The notes beneath the pieces are model-generated. The model searched no databases. It was not told the origin of the DNA and was given only the letters and a program-made list of their open reading frames with translations. From a candidate division WOR-3 bacterium (GTDB lineage Bacteria; Hydrothermota; Tepidihabitantia; SM23-42; JAOAFX01), in NCBI GenBank assembly GCA_039802265.1, contig JBDRWI010000005.1, forward strand, positions 1 to 60,211: 60,211 bases of DNA. The letters run 5' to 3'. The position numbers were made by a program, and so were the translations under genes. This document shows, one piece after another, positions 58,244 to 60,211 of this stretch (positions within the stretch are counted from its first letter, which is position 1; each line of letters begins with the position of its first letter).

Positions 58244-60210
58244 AGATTCTCCATTGCCTTTTCAATATGCTCTTTCTTTGTGATAAATTCTTTCAGTCTC
58301 TTCTCTTCATTTTGCTTCACATCATCACTACATTTGCTTAGATACCCGGGATTGCTCAAACGGGATTTTATCTCATTGATGCGTCCTTCAAGGAATTCTA
58401 TCTCACTCTTCAGGCGTCTTTTTTCTCTTTCTATATCAATTCCCTTTAACAGGATATACGCTGCTAAATCAGGCATTATTATCGTGGCAACCGAACCCCT
58501 CGGTTTTTCACCGAAGGAGACAGATTCCACGCCGGCAAGTCTGTTTAAAATTGCCTTATTGCCTTCAATGAAATTTTGTCTTGAATGGTCGGTTTTTATA
58601 ATCAAAGGGAGATTAATCCGGTGCCCGACACCAAAGAGACCGCGGATATTCCTGATTTGGGTAATGAGGTTGATAAATATTTCCACTTCACCGGTGGAGG
58701 CAGGAGCAGTCGTTTTTTGAGGCCATTGTTCAAGAAGAATACTCTTTTTCCTTTCTGGGAATTTTTGATAAATCTCTTCGGTAATAAAAGGAATGAAGGG
58801 ATGGAGTAAAACCAGTATCTCCTTTAATAGAAATTTACTGATATTGGATTGATTGTAAGGTGGAATCTTTATGAATTCAAGATACCAGTCGCAGAAGGTA
58901 TGCCAGACAAAATCATAAAGCCGCTTGGCGATTCCATTCAATTCAAAGTTCTGAAAATAGTATTCTACCTGTCCTAATAGATTATTCAATTCATTGAGTA
59001 TCCATACATCAAATGCGGTTAATGGCTCTTTTATTTCCGACTTTGAGGTGGAGAAACTGGTAAGGACCAATCTTGCTGCATTCCACAATTTATTGCAGAA
59101 TTTCCTTCCCACATCAATGGATTTTTCGCTATAAAGCACATCCTGCTCCCGTGGTGTTATGAGCATTAGTCCAAATCTCAATGCATCAGCACCATACTTG
59201 TCAATCAACTCCATTGGTTCTGGTGAATTCCCGAGACTCTTTGACATCTTCCGACCCTTTTCGTCCCTGATCATTGGATGAAAGACTACATTGCTGAAAG
59301 GAATATTTTTTGTGAACTCAAGTCCTGCCATTATCATCCTTGCAACCCAGAGGTATATGATATCCCAGCCCGTGGCAAGGGTCTGGGTGGGGTAGAACCT
59401 TTTGTAATCCGGGGTTTGTTCGGGCCAGCCCAGTGTGGCAAAGGGCCAGAGCCATGATGAAAACCAGGTATCAAGGACATCCTCATCCTGATATATATCA
59501 GTTGAACCACAATGAGGGCACTTATCCGGCTTTACCTCAGAGACAATGATTCCCTTTGTGTCTTCTTCTTTATAACATCCATTGCAGTAGTATATCGGTA
59601 TCCTGTGTCCCCACCACAATTGTCTTGAGATACACCAGTCTTTTACATTCTCAAGCCAGTGATTGTATAGATTTACCCATCTTTTTGGATAGATCTTTAT
59701 CTTCCCGTTTTTAACCACCTCAAGTGCAGGTTCAGCCAGCGGTTTCATTTTTACAAACCATTGTTTTGATAACCTTGGTTCAATCGGTGTTTCACACCTC
59801 TCACATATCCCCATTGGAACAGTGTAATTTTCAATCTTTTCCAGAAGGTTCAATCTATCAAGTTCTTCAATTATCTTTTTTCTTGCCTCAAATCTTTCTA
59901 TTCCTTTATATGCGCCGCCATTTTCATTTATCGTGCCATCAGGATTCATTATATCTATTATCTGGAGATTATGTTTCTTTGATAATTCAAAATCAAATGG
60001 GTCATGGGCAGGTGTTACTTTAAGTGCACCTGTGCCGAATTCCGGGTCAACATAACTGTCAGCGATTATCGGTATCTCCCGGTTCATAATCGGGAGTATT
60101 GCAGTTTTTCCAACAAGATTTTTATATCTTTCGTCATTCGGATTTACACATATCGCAGTATCACCCAACATTGTCTCAGGACGGGTCGTGGCTACAGTGA
60201 CAAACCCATT
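58240..60210 (-). CDS. valS: Valine--tRNA ligase, 5' part outside the window
   Basis: Frame stays open to the window edge (VATTRPETMLGD); GTGALKVTPAHD, DWCISRQLWWGH, LDTWFSS, KMSKSLGN. Confidence 0.98.
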   Translation of the reverse strand, partial: NGFVTVATTRPETMLGDTAICVNPNDERYKNLVGKTAILPIMNREIPIIADSYVDPEFGTGALKVTPAHDPFDFELSKKHNLQIIDIMNPDGTINENGGAYKGIERFEARKKIIEELDRLNLLEKIENYTVPMGICERCETPIEPRLSKQWFVKMKPLAEPALEVVKNGKIKIYPKRWVNLYNHWLENVKDWCISRQLWWGHRIPIYYCNGCYKEEDTKGIIVSEVKPDKCPHCGSTDIYQDEDVLDTWFSSWLWPFATLGWPEQTPDYKRFYPTQTLATGWDIIYLWVARMIMAGLEFTKNIPFSNVVFHPMIRDEKGRKMSKSLGNSPEPMELIDKYGADALRFGLMLITPREQDVLYSEKSIDVGRKFCNKLWNAARLVLTSFSTSKSEIKEPLTAFDVWILNELNNLLGQVEYYFQNFELNGIAKRLYDFVWHTFCDWYLEFIKIPPYNQSNISKFLLKEILVLLHPFIPFITEEIYQKFPERKKSILLEQWPQKTTAPASTGEVEIFINLITQIRNIRGLFGVGHRINLPLIIKTDHSRQNFIEGNKAILNRLAGVESVSFGEKPRGSVATIIMPDLAAYILLKGIDIEREKRRLKSEIEFLEGRINEIKSRLSNPGYLSKCSDDVKQNEEKRLKEFITKKEHIEKAMENL

Positions 60211-60211
60211 A

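Noticed and set aside
58100..58720. 206-aa plus-strand ORF and the many other short antisense or overlapping ORFs in the track
   Set aside because: They are shadows of well-supported genes on the opposite strand or in another frame, with no motifs or initiation signals.

Overview
A 60 kb stretch of AT-rich core chromosome from a diderm bacterium. Several proteins carry T9SS/FlgD-type C-terminal domains and there are gingipain-family proteases and an Lpt system, which suggests an FCB-related candidate lineage such as WOR-3 (inference, not a database result). Contents: a partial four-helix-bundle gene, mazG-like, rlmI-like, three large secreted proteases (C25, S8, C25), a pyrG-acyltransferase-lptCAB operon, yebC-ruvCAB, a membrane/spermidine-synthase-like fusion, argF-cdaR, a selenocysteine-containing selD whose start the ORF track missed, an aminotransferase-PMM-secreted deiminase-panC operon, a G1P-dehydrogenase homologue, a partly decayed glycan locus (GT2, GT4s, Wzz, ligase/Wzy-like, Wzx), ileS, bioY-amrB/A-larB-ftsEX-envC and a partial valS. 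I saw no rRNA, tRNA, CRISPR array or intact IS. The most notable signals are: (1) 18 of 19 recognisable sigma70-like promoters have a 16-bp rather than 17-bp spacer, and about seven appear to give leaderless mRNAs; (2) exported proteins are strongly enriched in the D-(S/T)-hydrophobic O-glycosylation sequon; (3) an in-frame hairpin built of 7-nt units is inserted in two protease C-terminal domains, with related 6/7/8-nt-unit repeats elsewhere, including next to the four-helix-bundle gene; (4) IleRS has GVHH/EMHKS in place of HIGH/KMSKS; (5) one C25 gene probably starts at ATT and has lost its catalytic His. All counts are manual.
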